Position numbers and translations under genes: made by a program. The notes beneath the pieces are model-generated. The model did no database searches. It saw nothing but the letters and a program-made list of their open reading frames with translations, and was not told the origin of the DNA. Shown here in pieces: positions 9,860 through 21,061 of a DNA stretch of 64,000 bases. Location of the stretch: NCBI GenBank assembly GCA_965204735.1, contig OZ242008.1, positions 1,984,001-2,048,000 on the forward strand, given 5' to 3'. Positions within the stretch are counted from its first letter, which is position 1, and each line of letters begins with the position of its first letter. Source of the stretch: Longimicrobiales bacterium. Its GTDB lineage: Bacteria; Gemmatimonadota; Gemmatimonadetes; Longimicrobiales; Gaopeijiaceae.

Positions 9860-10962
9860 CGTCGCTCTGCCAGAATGTCCTCCGCCAAGTCGACGACCCT
9901 CCTCGCCGCCCCGGGCGTCCCCAGAGCGTGGCGCACGGACGCCAGGCCGTCCAGCGTCGTCCGGCGCCGCGGGTGGAGCTCGTCGAGGAGCGGCTCCAGC
10001 GCCCCGGCCATGGCGGAAGGGGTCGCGGCGCGCTGAAGGAACTCGGGAACCACCCGCCGTCCCGCCACCAAGTTCGCCAAGGCCACGTGCGGCACCCTGA
10101 CCAGCCGGCGGGCGAGGACCCACGTCAAGGGATGGGCGACGTAGGCGACGACGAAGGGCATCCCCGCCAAGGCCGCCTCCAGCGTCCCCGTGCCGGACTT
10201 GACCAGGCCGGCCGTGGCCAGTGCCCGCAAGGAGGCGCCGTCCTCGGTGAGCGGAAAAGGAAGCCCGCGGTACGCCGCGGCAGGAAGCGAAGGCGTCTTG
10301 CCCACCACGACGCGCAAGCCGGGCACGCGCTTCGTCAGCTCGGCGGCCGTCTCGACGAAGGGGGTCCGGTGACGCTCCAGCTCCTGGCGGCGAGAGCCGG
10401 GAAAGAGGGCCAGGACGCGCTCGCCGCGTTCGATTCCCAGCTCCCGCGCCAAGCCGTCCGGGTCCCTGGGCGCCGGGTCGTCCAGCAGCGGGTGACCCAC
10501 GAAGACGGCCCGTCCTCCGTGAGGCCCGTACAGCGCGGGCTCGAAGGGGAGCGCCAGGGCGATCCGGTCCGCGATCTGGGAGAGCCGCTTGGCTCGCCCC
10601 GCCTTCCAGGCCCAGACCTGGGGCCCGACGTAGTAGAGGACCGGCACGCCCTCTTCGGCCGCCCGTTCCGCGATCCGCATGTTCAGCCCCGGGTAGTCGA
10701 CGGGAACGACCAAGTCGAAGCCGCCTTCCGCCAAGAGCGCGTTCAGGCGACGCTCCAGCTCGCGGAAGAACCGCAGCCTCCTAGCGACTTCCGCAAAGCC
10801 CATCACCGCCAGGGCGTCCAGCCCCTCCACCAGCTGGACCCCGGCCGCGGCCATGCGGGGACCGCCCGTGCCCGCGAGCGCAACGTCGGGCCACCTGCGC
10901 CTGATCTCCAGGGCCACCCCGGCGCCGTGGGCGTCCCCCGACGGCTCCCCGGCCAAGATCAT
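9856..10962 (-). CDS. lpxB: Lipid-A-disaccharide synthase
   Basis: AGEPSGD, VDYPGLN, PQVWAW, FVGHPL, PGSRRQE, SGTGTLE; the start could lie as far up as 11037. Confidence 0.95.
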   Translation of the reverse strand: MILAGEPSGDAHGAGVALEIRRRWPDVALAGTGGPRMAAAGVQLVEGLDALAVMGFAEVARRLRFFRELERRLNALLAEGGFDLVVPVDYPGLNMRIAERAAEEGVPVLYYVGPQVWAWKAGRAKRLSQIADRIALALPFEPALYGPHGGRAVFVGHPLLDDPAPRDPDGLARELGIERGERVLALFPGSRRQELERHRTPFVETAAELTKRVPGLRVVVGKTPSLPAAAYRGLPFPLTEDGASLRALATAGLVKSGTGTLEAALAGMPFVVAYVAHPLTWVLARRLVRVPHVALANLVAGRRVVPEFLQRAATPSAMAGALEPLLDELHPRRRTTLDGLASVRHALGTPGAARRVVDLAEDILAERR

Positions 10963-11072
10963 GACCTTGCTCAGCCGCGGGCGGCGGGCCGGGCGGGTCG
11001 CGGCGGTCTCCCCGCCCCGGAGAGCGTGGCGCGGCAACGGGGCTCTGCGGGGGCTCCGGGCCTCGGGTGGGA

Positions 11073-11207
11073 TCAGAACGCCCGCCCCAGGTACCAGAGA
11101 GCCGCCAGGACCACGAGCAGAAGCACCACCTGGGTGCTAGGGGCCATTCCCTTCTTGGCGTCGATCCACTCTCGCTTGCGACGACGCCGAACGCGTATGA
11201 GCGACAT
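11073..11207 (-). CDS. 44-aa basic, C-terminally anchored membrane protein
   Basis: MSLIRVRRRRKREWIDAKKGMAPSTQVVLLLVVLAALWYLGRAF; GAGG upstream of ATG 11207; overlaps the 3' end of the oxidoreductase gene. Confidence 0.55.
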   Translation of the reverse strand: MSLIRVRRRRKREWIDAKKGMAPSTQVVLLLVVLAALWYLGRAF

Positions 11208-12168
11208 GTTCCTCGATCCGTTGTTCGATGGCCAGCGCCAGGCGAAGGGCTCGCCGTCCATCCTCGCCCGTCACGGGCGGCGGCGCCAGTCCCGCCGCGG
11301 CGTCCCGGAACGAGCTCAGCTCCGCGGCCAGGGGCTCGGCGCCCCCGTGCTGGAGGGGAATGCGCTCCACGACGGAAGATATCCCGGCCAGCGATTCGGC
11401 CCCCTCCGGGAGCCGGGGTCCTTCCAGGGCCGAGGTTCCGTCCTTCAGCCGGAAGAACTCGCCGCGCCCGGCAGCCAAGTCCAGGGAGATGTACCCGGAG
11501 CGTTGCCAGAGCCGGAGCTTGCGCATCCTGCCGGCCGAGATCCGGCTGGCCGTGAGGTTGGCCACGGCGCCTCCCCTGAACTCCACGCGGGCGTTGGCGA
11601 TGTCCGGATAGCGGGAGAGGACGGCGACTCCCGCCGCCTTCACTCCGGTCGCGGGCTGGTCCACCAAGCCGCAGACCAAGTCCACGTCGTGGATCATCAA
11701 GTCCAGCACCACGGCCACGTCCAACGAGCGCGGGGTGAAGGGCGCCAGCCGATGGGACTCGACGAAGAGAGGTTGGTCCAGGTACGGCGCCGCCGCCAAG
11801 ACCGCCGGGTTGAAGCGTTCCACGTGGCCAACCTGCAGCACTACTCCGTGCTCTCGCGCCGCTGCGACGATCCGGTCCGCGGCATCCAGGTCCGGGGCCA
11901 GCGGCTTCTCGACGAAGACGTGCACGCCGGCCCGCGCCGATGCCGTGGCCACGGCCTCGTGAGCATGGGTCGGCACGGCCACCACCACGGCGTCGCTGGC
12001 TTCGAGGAGGGCCTCCAGCGACGGTCTCGCCGCGACGCCCAGAGTCTTGGCGACGGCCCCCGCGCGCTCCGCGTCGACGTCGAACACTCCGGCCGCCGCC
12101 ACGCCGTCCAGCTCCCGCACCACACGAGCGTGGTGGCGGCCCAGCTTCCCGACGCCCACCACCCCCAC
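11137..12168 (-). CDS. Gfo/Idh/MocA oxidoreductase (GnnA-like by position)
   Basis: GVGKLG Rossmann motif, EKP, GHVERFNP, DLMIHD; lies between lpxA and lpxB; start uncertain (12168 to about 12246). Confidence 0.88.
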   Translation of the reverse strand: MGVVGVGKLGRHHARVVRELDGVAAAGVFDVDAERAGAVAKTLGVAARPSLEALLEASDAVVVAVPTHAHEAVATASARAGVHVFVEKPLAPDLDAADRIVAAAREHGVVLQVGHVERFNPAVLAAAPYLDQPLFVESHRLAPFTPRSLDVAVVLDLMIHDVDLVCGLVDQPATGVKAAGVAVLSRYPDIANARVEFRGGAVANLTASRISAGRMRKLRLWQRSGYISLDLAAGRGEFFRLKDGTSALEGPRLPEGAESLAGISSVVERIPLQHGGAEPLAAELSSFRDAAAGLAPPPVTGEDGRRALRLALAIEQRIEEHVAHTRSASSQARVDRRQEGNGP

Positions 12169-12242
12169 CCTGGGCGTCGGGCCACGCGCGCGCGTCCTTC
12201 CGAGCGCGGCTCCGGCGCCGTCGACGACGACTCGGCTCCCCG

Positions 12243-13049
12243 TCAGGAAACGACGCCGCGCTCGCTGCGCCGCACGAACTCCAGCAAGTATCCCACTTCC
12301 GGGCAAGCCAGCTCCTCGTCGGCCGCCGCCGCCCGAACCGCTTGGCCCAGGTTCATGCCCGAGTGAAAGAGCAGCCGGTACGTCTTCTTGAGTCGGCGTC
12401 GCACTCCTGGCGAGACGCCCCTGCGCTCCATCCCGACCGTGTTGAGCCCGCACAGCTTCGGCGACGGGTTCCCTACGGCGCGGCAGTACGGAGGCACGTC
12501 CTGCGGCACCCGAGAGCCGCCGCCCACAAAGGCGTGCGCGCCGATCCGCACGAACTGGTGCACCGCCACCAGTCCGCTCACGATCGCCCAGTCGCCGATC
12601 GCCACGTGCCCGGCCATGTTGGTCGCGTTGGAGATCACCACGTGGTTGCCCAGCTCGCAGTCGTGGGCCACGTGGCTGTACGCCATCAGCAGGCAGTCCG
12701 AGCCCACCACCGTCCGGCCCGAGGCCGCCGTCCCCCGGTTCAGCGTCGCGAACTCGCGCACCATCGTGCGGTCGCCGATCTCCAGGAAGGTCTGCTCGCC
12801 CTCGTACTTCATGTCCTGGGGGTCCGTCCCCAGCGCCGCGCCGTTGGCGATCCGGCAGTCGGTCCCGACGACCGTGTCCCGCTCGATCAGCACCCGGGGG
12901 CCTACCCTGCTGTTGGCGCCCAGCCGGACTCCAGGCCCAACAACGGCGAAGGGCCCGATCTCCACGCCGGGACCGAGTTCCGCGGTCGAGTCGACAATGG
13001 CGGTCTTGTGAACCTTGAACGCGGCGTCCTGCTTCGTCGCCGTGCTCAC
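12243..13049 (-). CDS. lpxA: UDP-GlcNAc acyltransferase LpxA
   Basis: Hexapeptide repeats, PQDMKY, HVAHDC, HQFVRIG; GTG overlaps the upstream stop. Confidence 0.96.
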   Translation of the reverse strand: MSTATKQDAAFKVHKTAIVDSTAELGPGVEIGPFAVVGPGVRLGANSRVGPRVLIERDTVVGTDCRIANGAALGTDPQDMKYEGEQTFLEIGDRTMVREFATLNRGTAASGRTVVGSDCLLMAYSHVAHDCELGNHVVISNATNMAGHVAIGDWAIVSGLVAVHQFVRIGAHAFVGGGSRVPQDVPPYCRAVGNPSPKLCGLNTVGMERRGVSPGVRRRLKKTYRLLFHSGMNLGQAVRAAAADEELACPEVGYLLEFVRRSERGVVS

Positions 13050-14332
13050 TTGTCCACGACTCTGGCAGTCATTTCGGCCTGGGCCACGAGCTGTCCGTCC
13101 ACGGTTCCCGTTCCTTTCATCTTGCACGTCTGACGACGCAGGTTGAGCATCTCCAGCTCGAAGACCACCTGGTCCCCCGGCGTGATCGGCCGGCGCCACT
13201 TCACGTTGTCCAGCGACATGAAGTACACCACTTTGTCTTGAGGGTCCTCGACCGAGTCCATCAGCAGCAAGCCGCCGACCTGGGCCATCGCCTCCACGAC
13301 CAGCACCCCCGGCATGACCGGGTGCTCGGGGAAGTGTCCGCCGAAGAACGGCTCGTTGATCGTCACGTTCTTGAGCCCCACGATGCGCCTGCGCGGCTCG
13401 AGCTCGAGGATACGGTCCACCAGGAGCATGGGGTAGCGGTGCGGCAGGTACTCCATGATGCGACGGATGCCGATCGGGTTCGCTCGACCGGCCCGGTCGT
13501 GTTGCCGACGAATCGCCCGGGCGAGTTCCACGTTGCCGCCGTGGCTGGGCCGCTCTGCGACGACGTGGCCTCGGAACCGGCCGCCCATCAGGGCCAAGTC
13601 GCCCACCAAGTCCCCGACCTTGTGGCGAAGGAACTCGTCGGGGAAGCGGAGCTCGGAGTTGAGCACGCCCTCTTCGTCGAGGACCACGGTGTTGTCCAGG
13701 GAAGCTCCGAGGGCCAGTCCGCGTGCGTGCAGGGCGTCCGCGTCGGCCGCAAAGCCGAACGTTCTCGCCTGGGCCAACCCCGCCTGGAATCCGCCGGCGT
13801 CCACGGCAAAGGCGCCGTACTGGCGGCCCACTGCCTCGTGGGCGAAGTCGATCGTCGCGGAGATGCGGTAGCCGTCGTCGGGCACCGCCACGTAGGAACC
13901 ATGCTCTCCCGGGGCCACGGCCACCGGCGAAGAGATCTCGATCACCGTCGCCTCCGCTTCCTGCATCCTTCGACCCGCCGTCCGCACCGCCTCCACGTAG
14001 GGCGCGAAGCTCCCGTCCGCAATCGGGGGCTCCAGACCCTCCAGGTCGAGCGCCGCGTTGTCCACTTCGAGCGCGGCCAGGGCCGCGAGGACGTGCTCCA
14101 CGGTCAGGACCTCCGCTCGGCCGGCGCCCAGGTGCGTTCCCAGGTGGGTCCTCGTCACGTTGTCGAGGACGGCGGGGATCTCCGGCCGCCCCGGCAAGTC
14201 GGTTCGCCGGAATACGATCCCCGAGTTCGCCGGAGCCGGCTTGATCTCGATTCGGCTGGGCAGGCCCGAGTGGACGCCGATCCCTTCCAGCGCAACGGCC
14301 TTCGCGACGGTGTGCTGCTTCTCCCGGGCCAT
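13046..14332 (-). CDS. lpxC-fabZ: Bifunctional LpxC deacetylase / FabZ dehydratase
   Basis: LpxC motifs [25 protein letters not shown] fused to FabZ motifs [11 protein letters not shown] and [20 protein letters not shown]. Confidence 0.95.
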   Translation of the reverse strand: MAREKQHTVAKAVALEGIGVHSGLPSRIEIKPAPANSGIVFRRTDLPGRPEIPAVLDNVTRTHLGTHLGAGRAEVLTVEHVLAALAALEVDNAALDLEGLEPPIADGSFAPYVEAVRTAGRRMQEAEATVIEISSPVAVAPGEHGSYVAVPDDGYRISATIDFAHEAVGRQYGAFAVDAGGFQAGLAQARTFGFAADADALHARGLALGASLDNTVVLDEEGVLNSELRFPDEFLRHKVGDLVGDLALMGGRFRGHVVAERPSHGGNVELARAIRRQHDRAGRANPIGIRRIMEYLPHRYPMLLVDRILELEPRRRIVGLKNVTINEPFFGGHFPEHPVMPGVLVVEAMAQVGGLLLMDSVEDPQDKVVYFMSLDNVKWRRPITPGDQVVFELEMLNLRRQTCKMKGTGTVDGQLVAQAEMTARVVDK

Positions 14333-15396
14333 CAGGCGACCACGTCCCGAAGGCCTTCGCGGCGAGCCGCTGCGTCCTCGTCGCCGGCCAGGCGACGCTC
14401 CATCCACCCGATCCGCTTCGCGAGCTCCGGCAACCGCATCACCACGGCCATCGCCCGCAGGTAGCGCTTGTGGTCCCTGGCCGGATACCCGGAGACCGTA
14501 TCGCCGGGCGCCACGTCGCCGATCACGCCCGCCTGGGCAGCAATGCGCGCTCCCGCTCCGATCTTCAGGTGGCCGATCACTCCGGCCTGTCCCCCCATCG
14601 ACACGCCGGCCCCGACGCAAGTGGACCCCGCGATGCCGACCTGGGCCGCCAAGATCGACCGGGGGCCGATCGTCACGTTGTGCGCGACGTGGACCAAGTT
14701 GTCCAGCTTGGACCCGGCGCCGATCACCGTCCGCCCGATCGAGCCCCGGTCGATGGTGCAGTTGGCGCCGATCTCCACGTCGTCCTCGACGACGCAGCCG
14801 CCGGCCTGGGGCACCTTCACGTGGGCGCCGTCCGACTGGACGTAGCCGAAGCCGTCCACGCCGATCCGGGCGCCCGAGTGGACGATCACCCGGTCCCCCA
14901 GCGTCGCGCCCGCACAGATCGTCGCGCTCGGGTGCAGCAGCGCGCCGGCGCCGATCCGGGCGCCCGCCCCTACGACGCAGTTGGCGCCGATGCGGCTCCC
15001 CTCTCCGATCCTGGCCGCCGCCTCTACCACGGCGCCCGCCCCTATGGAGACGCCATCGGCCAGCCTCGCCGACGGATCCACCACTGCCGACGGGTGCACG
15101 CCCGCCTCCGTCTTCGGCTCGGGGTGCAGCAGCGGCAGCAGCGCCACCAGCGCGGCGTGGGGGTCGTGGACGGCGAGCCGATCGAAGGGGCCGCCCTTCA
15201 CCGAGCTCAGCCCTTCGGCGACGAGGAGGGTGCGGCCCCGGCACGACCGCAGCTCCCCGGCGTAACGTCGGTCGGCCAGGAACGCCATGTCGTCGGGCTC
15301 CGCGTCGCGCAGCGGAGCGATGCGCATGAAGGCGGCGCCGGGGTCGCCCATCACTCGACCTCCCGTGACTTCCGCCGCCTCCGCCAGGGTCAGCAT
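14332..15396 (-). CDS. lpxD: UDP-3-O-acylglucosamine N-acyltransferase
   Basis: Hexapeptide repeats, DGFGY, IDRG, KLDNLVHVAHNV. Confidence 0.96.
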   Translation of the reverse strand: MLTLAEAAEVTGGRVMGDPGAAFMRIAPLRDAEPDDMAFLADRRYAGELRSCRGRTLLVAEGLSSVKGGPFDRLAVHDPHAALVALLPLLHPEPKTEAGVHPSAVVDPSARLADGVSIGAGAVVEAAARIGEGSRIGANCVVGAGARIGAGALLHPSATICAGATLGDRVIVHSGARIGVDGFGYVQSDGAHVKVPQAGGCVVEDDVEIGANCTIDRGSIGRTVIGAGSKLDNLVHVAHNVTIGPRSILAAQVGIAGSTCVGAGVSMGGQAGVIGHLKIGAGARIAAQAGVIGDVAPGDTVSGYPARDHKRYLRAMAVVMRLPELAKRIGWMERRLAGDEDAAARREGLRDVVA

Positions 15397-15475
15397 CGGG
15401 TCGGCCGAGGGCCAGTCGCCGGGTCTTCTCGCGGCCGCAAGCTTCGGCGCCGGCCTCCGCCCCGGAACAGGCCGG

Positions 15476-16042
15476 TCATCGCCCTCCTGCGTTTCCGGGC
15501 TGTTCGCCGGCCCCGGAGGCGCCGGTCCCCGTCGGCTCCTGAAGACGGGTGAGCACCTCCTGGGTCAGGTCCAAGGACGGATCGGCCGACAAGATCGCCT
15601 GCGACGCCACGTCCAGGATCATGGCGTAGGCGCCCTCGACCCGGATCTCCTCGATCGCGTCGGTGATCGCCTCCATGACGGGCTGGAAGACCTCGGCTCG
15701 GCGCTGCTGAGCCTGGTTGTCCAACTCCTGGTTGCGTTGCTGGATGGAGTTTCGCCGCGTCAGGATCTCCTCTTCCTTCGCCTGCCGGCTCTCCGGAGTC
15801 ATGGTCATCTGCTGCTGCCTGTACTCCTGCTCCAGGGTCTGCAGGTCGGAGATGAGCTGCTGCATCTCCGCGGTGTAGCCCTGAAGCGACGCCTCCAGCG
15901 TCTTCTGGGCGTCCTGGGCCATGGGCAGCTCCCGCAGGATGACGTTGGTGTCGACCCAGCCCATCTTCGCCGACTGCGCCGCGACGGGGGCGGCTGCCGC
16001 CGTCGACAACAAAGCGAGGACGCACGAACGCAAAAGGCGCAT
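15476..16042 (-). CDS. skp: OmpH/Skp periplasmic chaperone
   Basis: Signal peptide, KMGWVD, coiled coil, C-terminal DLTQEVL; lies between bamA and lpxD. Confidence 0.9.
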   Translation of the reverse strand: MRLLRSCVLALLSTAAAAPVAAQSAKMGWVDTNVILRELPMAQDAQKTLEASLQGYTAEMQQLISDLQTLEQEYRQQQMTMTPESRQAKEEEILTRRNSIQQRNQELDNQAQQRRAEVFQPVMEAITDAIEEIRVEGAYAMILDVASQAILSADPSLDLTQEVLTRLQEPTGTGASGAGEQPGNAGGR

Positions 16043-16147
16043 GAATGCCGATCTCCGAATTGAAGTCCTTGGAAGGCCGCGCGGCGAAGACGCCGAACGG
16101 CAAGAAGACATCTTCGCCCCTGGACGGGGCTTCTGGCAACCGCTCAT

Positions 16148-18577
16148 CTAGAAGTTCGGGCCCATCTTGAAGTGCAGCTGCCAGCCCGGCTCGGCCTTGT
16201 CGAAGCCGTAGGCGTAGTCCAGCCCGATCGGTCCGAAGGGCGTCACCAGCTGCACTCCGAAGCCCGCGCCCCGGTAGAGCCTCGACGTGTCGAGGTCGGC
16301 CGGGTCCTCCCACAGGCTGCCCGCGTCGAAGAACGCGGAGAGGCCGATGTTGGTGTTGATCACCGCCTTCAGCTCCGCCGTGGACGAGAAGTAGGCGTCT
16401 CCCAGCCGATTGACCTGGGCGATGTCCTGTCCCCGCTCGGCGAACCACCCCCTGGGCGTGATCGAAGTCTCGTCGTAGCCCCGCAGGGACTCTCCGAACT
16501 GGACGCCGCCCATCCAGAAGGACTCGAAGGGAAAGCGGGACGCGTCGCCGAAGAGCGCTCCGCCCCGAACGCCGACCCCTACCGCGAACTGGACGCCCCC
16601 GGGCGTGGCGCCGTCGCCGCCCAGCCCGCCCACCGGGATCATCCACTGGGCCTCGGCGGTGTGCTTGACGAAGTCTCCCGCTCCCCCCAGGGGCCCTCCG
16701 TTGAACTCGGCGGTCCAGGTCTGCATCGACCCGGCGGTGGGAAAGAGGGGGTGGTTGAGAGTGCGTCGGGTCGCTCCGACGGAGATCGAGCTGAGGGTGC
16801 CCGGCGGCAAGCCGAAGAGGGACTCGTCGTCCACGTTCTGGAAGAGTTCGTAGCTCGTCCGGGAGAGGGAGTAGCCCAGGAACACCCTGGTGCGCAGCGA
16901 TCCCGGGAAGGGCACGCCGAACCTGGTGCTGAACCCCGCCCTGCGCCGGCGTCCCGTGGCGAACTGGAAGAAGCGGTCGGTGGAGTTGAAGAGGGAGAGG
17001 GAGCCGCTCACCGTGGATTGCAGGAGGGCCGGGTCCGTGAAGCTGAGGGTGAAGCTGTTGATCCAGCGCCCGAAGTCCCAGCGGATGTTCCCGGCCTTGG
17101 CTTGGCCGAAGAGGTTGGGCTGGTCGTATCCCAGGAAGCCGGAGAGTCCCACGCCCCCGCCCACGGCCGTGCCGAACTGGACCGAACCCGTCTGCTTCTC
17201 GGCCACCTTGAACACGATGTCCACGTCTCCCGACTCCTGGGTCACGATCTCGGGAGGCGTCATGGGCGCATCGAAGAAGCCCAGCGACTGGACGTTCTGG
17301 TACGACTGGACGAGCCGCGCCTGGCTGTACACGTCGCCCGGAAGGAGAAAGATCTTCTCCCGGATGATCCGGTCGTAGGTGAAGTCGTTGCCCTCGATCA
17401 CGATGCGGTTGACGTACGCCTGCGGTCCTTCCCGGATGCGCCAGCCGGCGCGCACCGTGGGGTGCCCGCCCGCTTCCTCGCCCGTCGCCTCCCAGTACGG
17501 CTCCACTTGGGCGTACAGATAGCCTTCGTTGGCGTAGAGCTCCCGCACCTGCTGGGCCGCTTCCTCGAAGGCGGCCACGTCGAAGATCCGCCCCAGCTCC
17601 GTTTCGTCGTCCCCGCCGAACCCCAGCGCCGCCAGGATGCCTCCCGAGTCGTCGTCGTAGAACGCCTCGATGCGTTCCGCCTCGAAGGCGCTGGCGCCGG
17701 CGACGGCGAAGTCGGCCACCCGGTACTGGGGGCCTTCCTCCACCGCCACCTCGATGCGGGCCTTGCCCGACTCAGGGTCCACGATCAGGGTGTCTCCCAG
17801 CACCTGAAAGTCCAGGTAGCCGGCCCGGCCGTAGAACTCGGGCAGCGATTCGGTCAAGTCCGCCTCGAAGTCGATGTCGTCGTAGTCCCCGCTGCGAAAC
17901 CAGAGAAAGCTCTCGGGCTTCGTGCTCATCGCGCCCCGCAAGTCGTCGTCGGAGAAGCGCTCGTTGCCGGCAAAGGTCACCTGCGCCACCACCACGCGCT
18001 GACCCTCGTCGACCTCGAGCACCACGTCCACCCGTCCCTCGTCCCCGGGGACGGGCGCCAGCCGGTCGTCGATTCGAGCGAAGGGAACGCCCTGGCGGCG
18101 CAGCTCCTCGCGGATGTACGCCCGAGCCTTGGCCATCGCGTTTCGCGAGAGGGGAGCCCCTTCTTCGAGCCCCGCTTCCTCGACGACGTCGCCCTCGGAG
18201 ATGGATTCGAGCCCGGTGATCCGAACGAGGCGGGTCAAGGCCCGCTCCTCGACCTCGATCACAAGCACGTTGCGCCCGGAGGACTCGTCGATCCTCACCG
18301 CCAAGTCCTCGTACTGGCCCGTCGCCCACAGGTTCTTGATCGCCCGCTGGACGTCTATGCCGGTGGCAAGGGCGCCCGGCGCCAATCCGGCGATCCCGGC
18401 CACGTCCTCCGCCGCCAAGCGCACGACTCCCTCGACCGCGATCGAATCGATCCGCACCAAGCCGTCGCCTTGCGGATCCTGGGCCGCGAGGCTTGCCGGG
18501 AGCCAGCCCGCGAGCGCCGCCGCCACGGCGACGGCCAGCGTCGGCGTGGATCCGAACGGCCTCTCGACCCCCATCAC
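16148..18577 (-). CDS. bamA: Outer membrane protein assembly factor BamA
   Basis: Signal peptide, POTRA repeats, barrel with LRGY motif, TPFGPIGLDY, terminal Phe. Confidence 0.95.
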   Translation of the reverse strand: MMGVERPFGSTPTLAVAVAAALAGWLPASLAAQDPQGDGLVRIDSIAVEGVVRLAAEDVAGIAGLAPGALATGIDVQRAIKNLWATGQYEDLAVRIDESSGRNVLVIEVEERALTRLVRITGLESISEGDVVEEAGLEEGAPLSRNAMAKARAYIREELRRQGVPFARIDDRLAPVPGDEGRVDVVLEVDEGQRVVVAQVTFAGNERFSDDDLRGAMSTKPESFLWFRSGDYDDIDFEADLTESLPEFYGRAGYLDFQVLGDTLIVDPESGKARIEVAVEEGPQYRVADFAVAGASAFEAERIEAFYDDDSGGILAALGFGGDDETELGRIFDVAAFEEAAQQVRELYANEGYLYAQVEPYWEATGEEAGGHPTVRAGWRIREGPQAYVNRIVIEGNDFTYDRIIREKIFLLPGDVYSQARLVQSYQNVQSLGFFDAPMTPPEIVTQESGDVDIVFKVAEKQTGSVQFGTAVGGGVGLSGFLGYDQPNLFGQAKAGNIRWDFGRWINSFTLSFTDPALLQSTVSGSLSLFNSTDRFFQFATGRRRRAGFSTRFGVPFPGSLRTRVFLGYSLSRTSYELFQNVDDESLFGLPPGTLSSISVGATRRTLNHPLFPTAGSMQTWTAEFNGGPLGGAGDFVKHTAEAQWMIPVGGLGGDGATPGGVQFAVGVGVRGGALFGDASRFPFESFWMGGVQFGESLRGYDETSITPRGWFAERGQDIAQVNRLGDAYFSSTAELKAVINTNIGLSAFFDAGSLWEDPADLDTSRLYRGAGFGVQLVTPFGPIGLDYAYGFDKAEPGWQLHFKMGPNF

Positions 18578-21057
18578 GTCTTCGACGGCGCCGCCGCTCC
18601 GAACGAAAGCGCCTCTTCCTCTTCCATCACGTCCACGACGATCTCTTCGTCGTCCCCGAACTCGGCCATCAGGATCTTCTCGGAGAGCGGCTCCTCCAGG
18701 TAGCGTCGGATCGCCCGCTTCAGGGGCCGGGCGCCGAACTTCTCGTCGTACCCGCGAGCGGCGAGGAAGCTCACGGCGGCGTCGGTGAGGACGATCGTCG
18801 TTCCGTCCCGCGAGAGCCGCGCCCGCACGTCCTCGAGCATGATCTGGACGATCTCCGCGATCTCTGCGCGGCCCAGCGGGTGGAAGACGATGATGTCGTC
18901 CACCCGGTTGAGGAACTCGGGGTTGAAGGCGCGCTCGATCTCGCCGGTCACTTGGTCCCGCATCTTCTCGTACCCCGAGACCGCGTTCGCCGCGCGGAAG
19001 CCGAGCCCTCCCTTCGATATCTCCCGTGCGCCCAAGTTGGACGTCATGATCAGCACCGTGTTCCGGAAGTCGATCACCCGGCCGTAGTTGTCCGTCAGGT
19101 GGCCTTCGTCCAGCACCTGCAGGAGGATGTTGAAGACGTCGGGGTGCGCCTTCTCGATCTCGTCGAAGAGAACCACCGAGTACGGCCGGCGGCGCACCGC
19201 CTTCGTCAGCGCGCCCGAGTCCTGGTAGCCCACGTAGCCGGGGGGCGCGCCGATGAGGCGCGACACGGAGAACTTCTCCATGTACTCGCTCATGTCCACG
19301 CGAACCAGCGCCTCCCGGTCGGCGAAGAGGAACTCGGCCAGGGTGCGGGCCAGCTCCGTCTTCCCGACGCCGGTGGGCCCGGAGAAGATGAAGGAGCCGA
19401 TCGGCCTGCTCGGGTCCTTGAGCCCCGCCCGGCTCCGACGGATCGCCCTCGAGACGGCGGCGATGGCGTCGTGCTGGCCGACGACCCGCTTGTGAAGCTC
19501 GTCCTCCATGTGGACGAGCCGCTCCGTCTCCGCCTGCTTGATCCGCGTCAGGGGAATGCCCGTCCAGCGACTCACGATGAACGACACCTCCTCGGCGGTG
19601 AGGGCCGGGCGGTGCCGCTTCCGCTCTTCCTCCCAGGCGGTCCTTTCCTCCTTGATCCGCCGCTGGATGTCGCGCTCCTCGTCCCGGAGCTGGGCGGCGC
19701 GCTCGAAGTCCTGTTCCCGGATGGCGGTCTCCTTGCGCTCGCCCACGGCCGCCAGGGCCCCCTTGAGCTCCTCGACCTCCGGGGGCGAGACTTGGCTGGC
19801 GATCCGGGCCCTGGCGCCGGCCTCGTCGATCACGTCGATGGCCTTGTCGGGAAGGTACCGGTCGGTGATGTACCGGTCCGAGAGGCGAGCGGCGTGGGTC
19901 AGCGCCTCGTCGGGGATCACCACCCGGTGGTGGGCTTCGTACCGGCCGCGCAGTCCCTGGAGGATCTCGACGGTCTCGTCGACGCTCGGCGGGTCCACCA
20001 CCACCGGCTGGAAGCGCCGCTCCAGGGCGCCGTCCTTCTCCACGTACTTCCGGTACTCGTTCAGGGTGGACGCGCCTATGCAGCGCAGCTCGCCCCGGGC
20101 CAGCGCCGGCTTGAGCATGTTGGAGGCGTCGATCGCCCCCTCGGCCGCTCCCGCGCCCACAAGCGTGTGGAGCTCGTCGATGAAGAGGACCACGTTCTTG
20201 TGTCGGGAGATCTCGTTCATCACCGCCTTGAGCCGCTCCTCGAACTGGCCCCGGTACTTGGTGCCGGCCACCACCGCCGCCATGTCCAGCGCCAGGAGCC
20301 GGTGGTCCTTGAGAGCGTCGGTGACCTCGCCCCGGGCGACGAGCTGGGACAACCCTTCCACGATTGCCGTCTTCCCCACGCCGGGCTCGCCGATCAGGAC
20401 CGGGTTGTTCTTCTTGCGGCGGCAGAGGATCTCGACGACCCGCTCGATCTCCTGAGTCCGTCCGATGATGGGGTCCAGCTCGCCGCGCTTCGCCAAGTCG
20501 GTCAGGTCGCGGCAGAAGTGGTCGAGGGCCGGGGTCTTGGTCTTGGCCTTGCTTCCGCCCGGCCGAGAAGCGGACGCGCCGCCGGCGCCCGTCTCGGCGA
20601 CCGCCGCCGCCGAGCTCATGTCCGAGCCCAGGACCTTGAGGGTCTCCTCTCGGGCTTCCTCGATCGTCGCGCCCAGAGCGTTGAGTTCCTGCGCGGCGAT
20701 TCCCTTCTTCTCCCTGAGCAGGCCGAGGAGGAGATGCTCCGTGCCCACGTAGGAGTGGTTGAGCTCCCGTGCCTCGGCCATGGCGAACTCCAGCACCTTC
20801 TTGGCCGGCGACGTGTACGGCAGCTCGCCCAGCGCGATCGTGGCCTTGCCCTTGCGCACGGCGCCCTCGACCCGCTCGTGGAGCTTCTCGACGTCCACGT
20901 CCAGGTTGCCCAGCACGTGGGCCGCCACGCCCTCGCCTTCCCGCACGAGCCCCAGCAGGATGTGCTCCGTTCCCACGTAGTCGTGCTGCAGGCGGATCGC
21001 TTCCTGGCGGGCCATCGCCAAGACCTTGCGCACCCTCTCCGTGAAGTTGTAGTTCAT
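18574..21057 (-). CDS. clpC: ATP-dependent Clp protease ATP-binding subunit ClpC
   Basis: Clp N-domain repeats, Walker A motifs GEPGVGKT and [11 protein letters not shown] coiled coil, LGF loop. Confidence 0.96.
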   Translation of the reverse strand: MNYNFTERVRKVLAMARQEAIRLQHDYVGTEHILLGLVREGEGVAAHVLGNLDVDVEKLHERVEGAVRKGKATIALGELPYTSPAKKVLEFAMAEARELNHSYVGTEHLLLGLLREKKGIAAQELNALGATIEEAREETLKVLGSDMSSAAAVAETGAGGASASRPGGSKAKTKTPALDHFCRDLTDLAKRGELDPIIGRTQEIERVVEILCRRKKNNPVLIGEPGVGKTAIVEGLSQLVARGEVTDALKDHRLLALDMAAVVAGTKYRGQFEERLKAVMNEISRHKNVVLFIDELHTLVGAGAAEGAIDASNMLKPALARGELRCIGASTLNEYRKYVEKDGALERRFQPVVVDPPSVDETVEILQGLRGRYEAHHRVVIPDEALTHAARLSDRYITDRYLPDKAIDVIDEAGARARIASQVSPPEVEELKGALAAVGERKETAIREQDFERAAQLRDEERDIQRRIKEERTAWEEERKRHRPALTAEEVSFIVSRWTGIPLTRIKQAETERLVHMEDELHKRVVGQHDAIAAVSRAIRRSRAGLKDPSRPIGSFIFSGPTGVGKTELARTLAEFLFADREALVRVDMSEYMEKFSVSRLIGAPPGYVGYQDSGALTKAVRRRPYSVVLFDEIEKAHPDVFNILLQVLDEGHLTDNYGRVIDFRNTVLIMTSNLGAREISKGGLGFRAANAVSGYEKMRDQVTGEIERAFNPEFLNRVDDIIVFHPLGRAEIAEIVQIMLEDVRARLSRDGTTIVLTDAAVSFLAARGYDEKFGARPLKRAIRRYLEEPLSEKILMAEFGDDEEIVVDVMEEEEALSFGAAAPSKT

Positions 21058-21061
21058 GCTA

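Noticed and set aside
13046..14332. lpxC-fabZ fusion as a novelty
   Set aside because: A known fusion in Bacteroidota/Chlorobi and related phyla.
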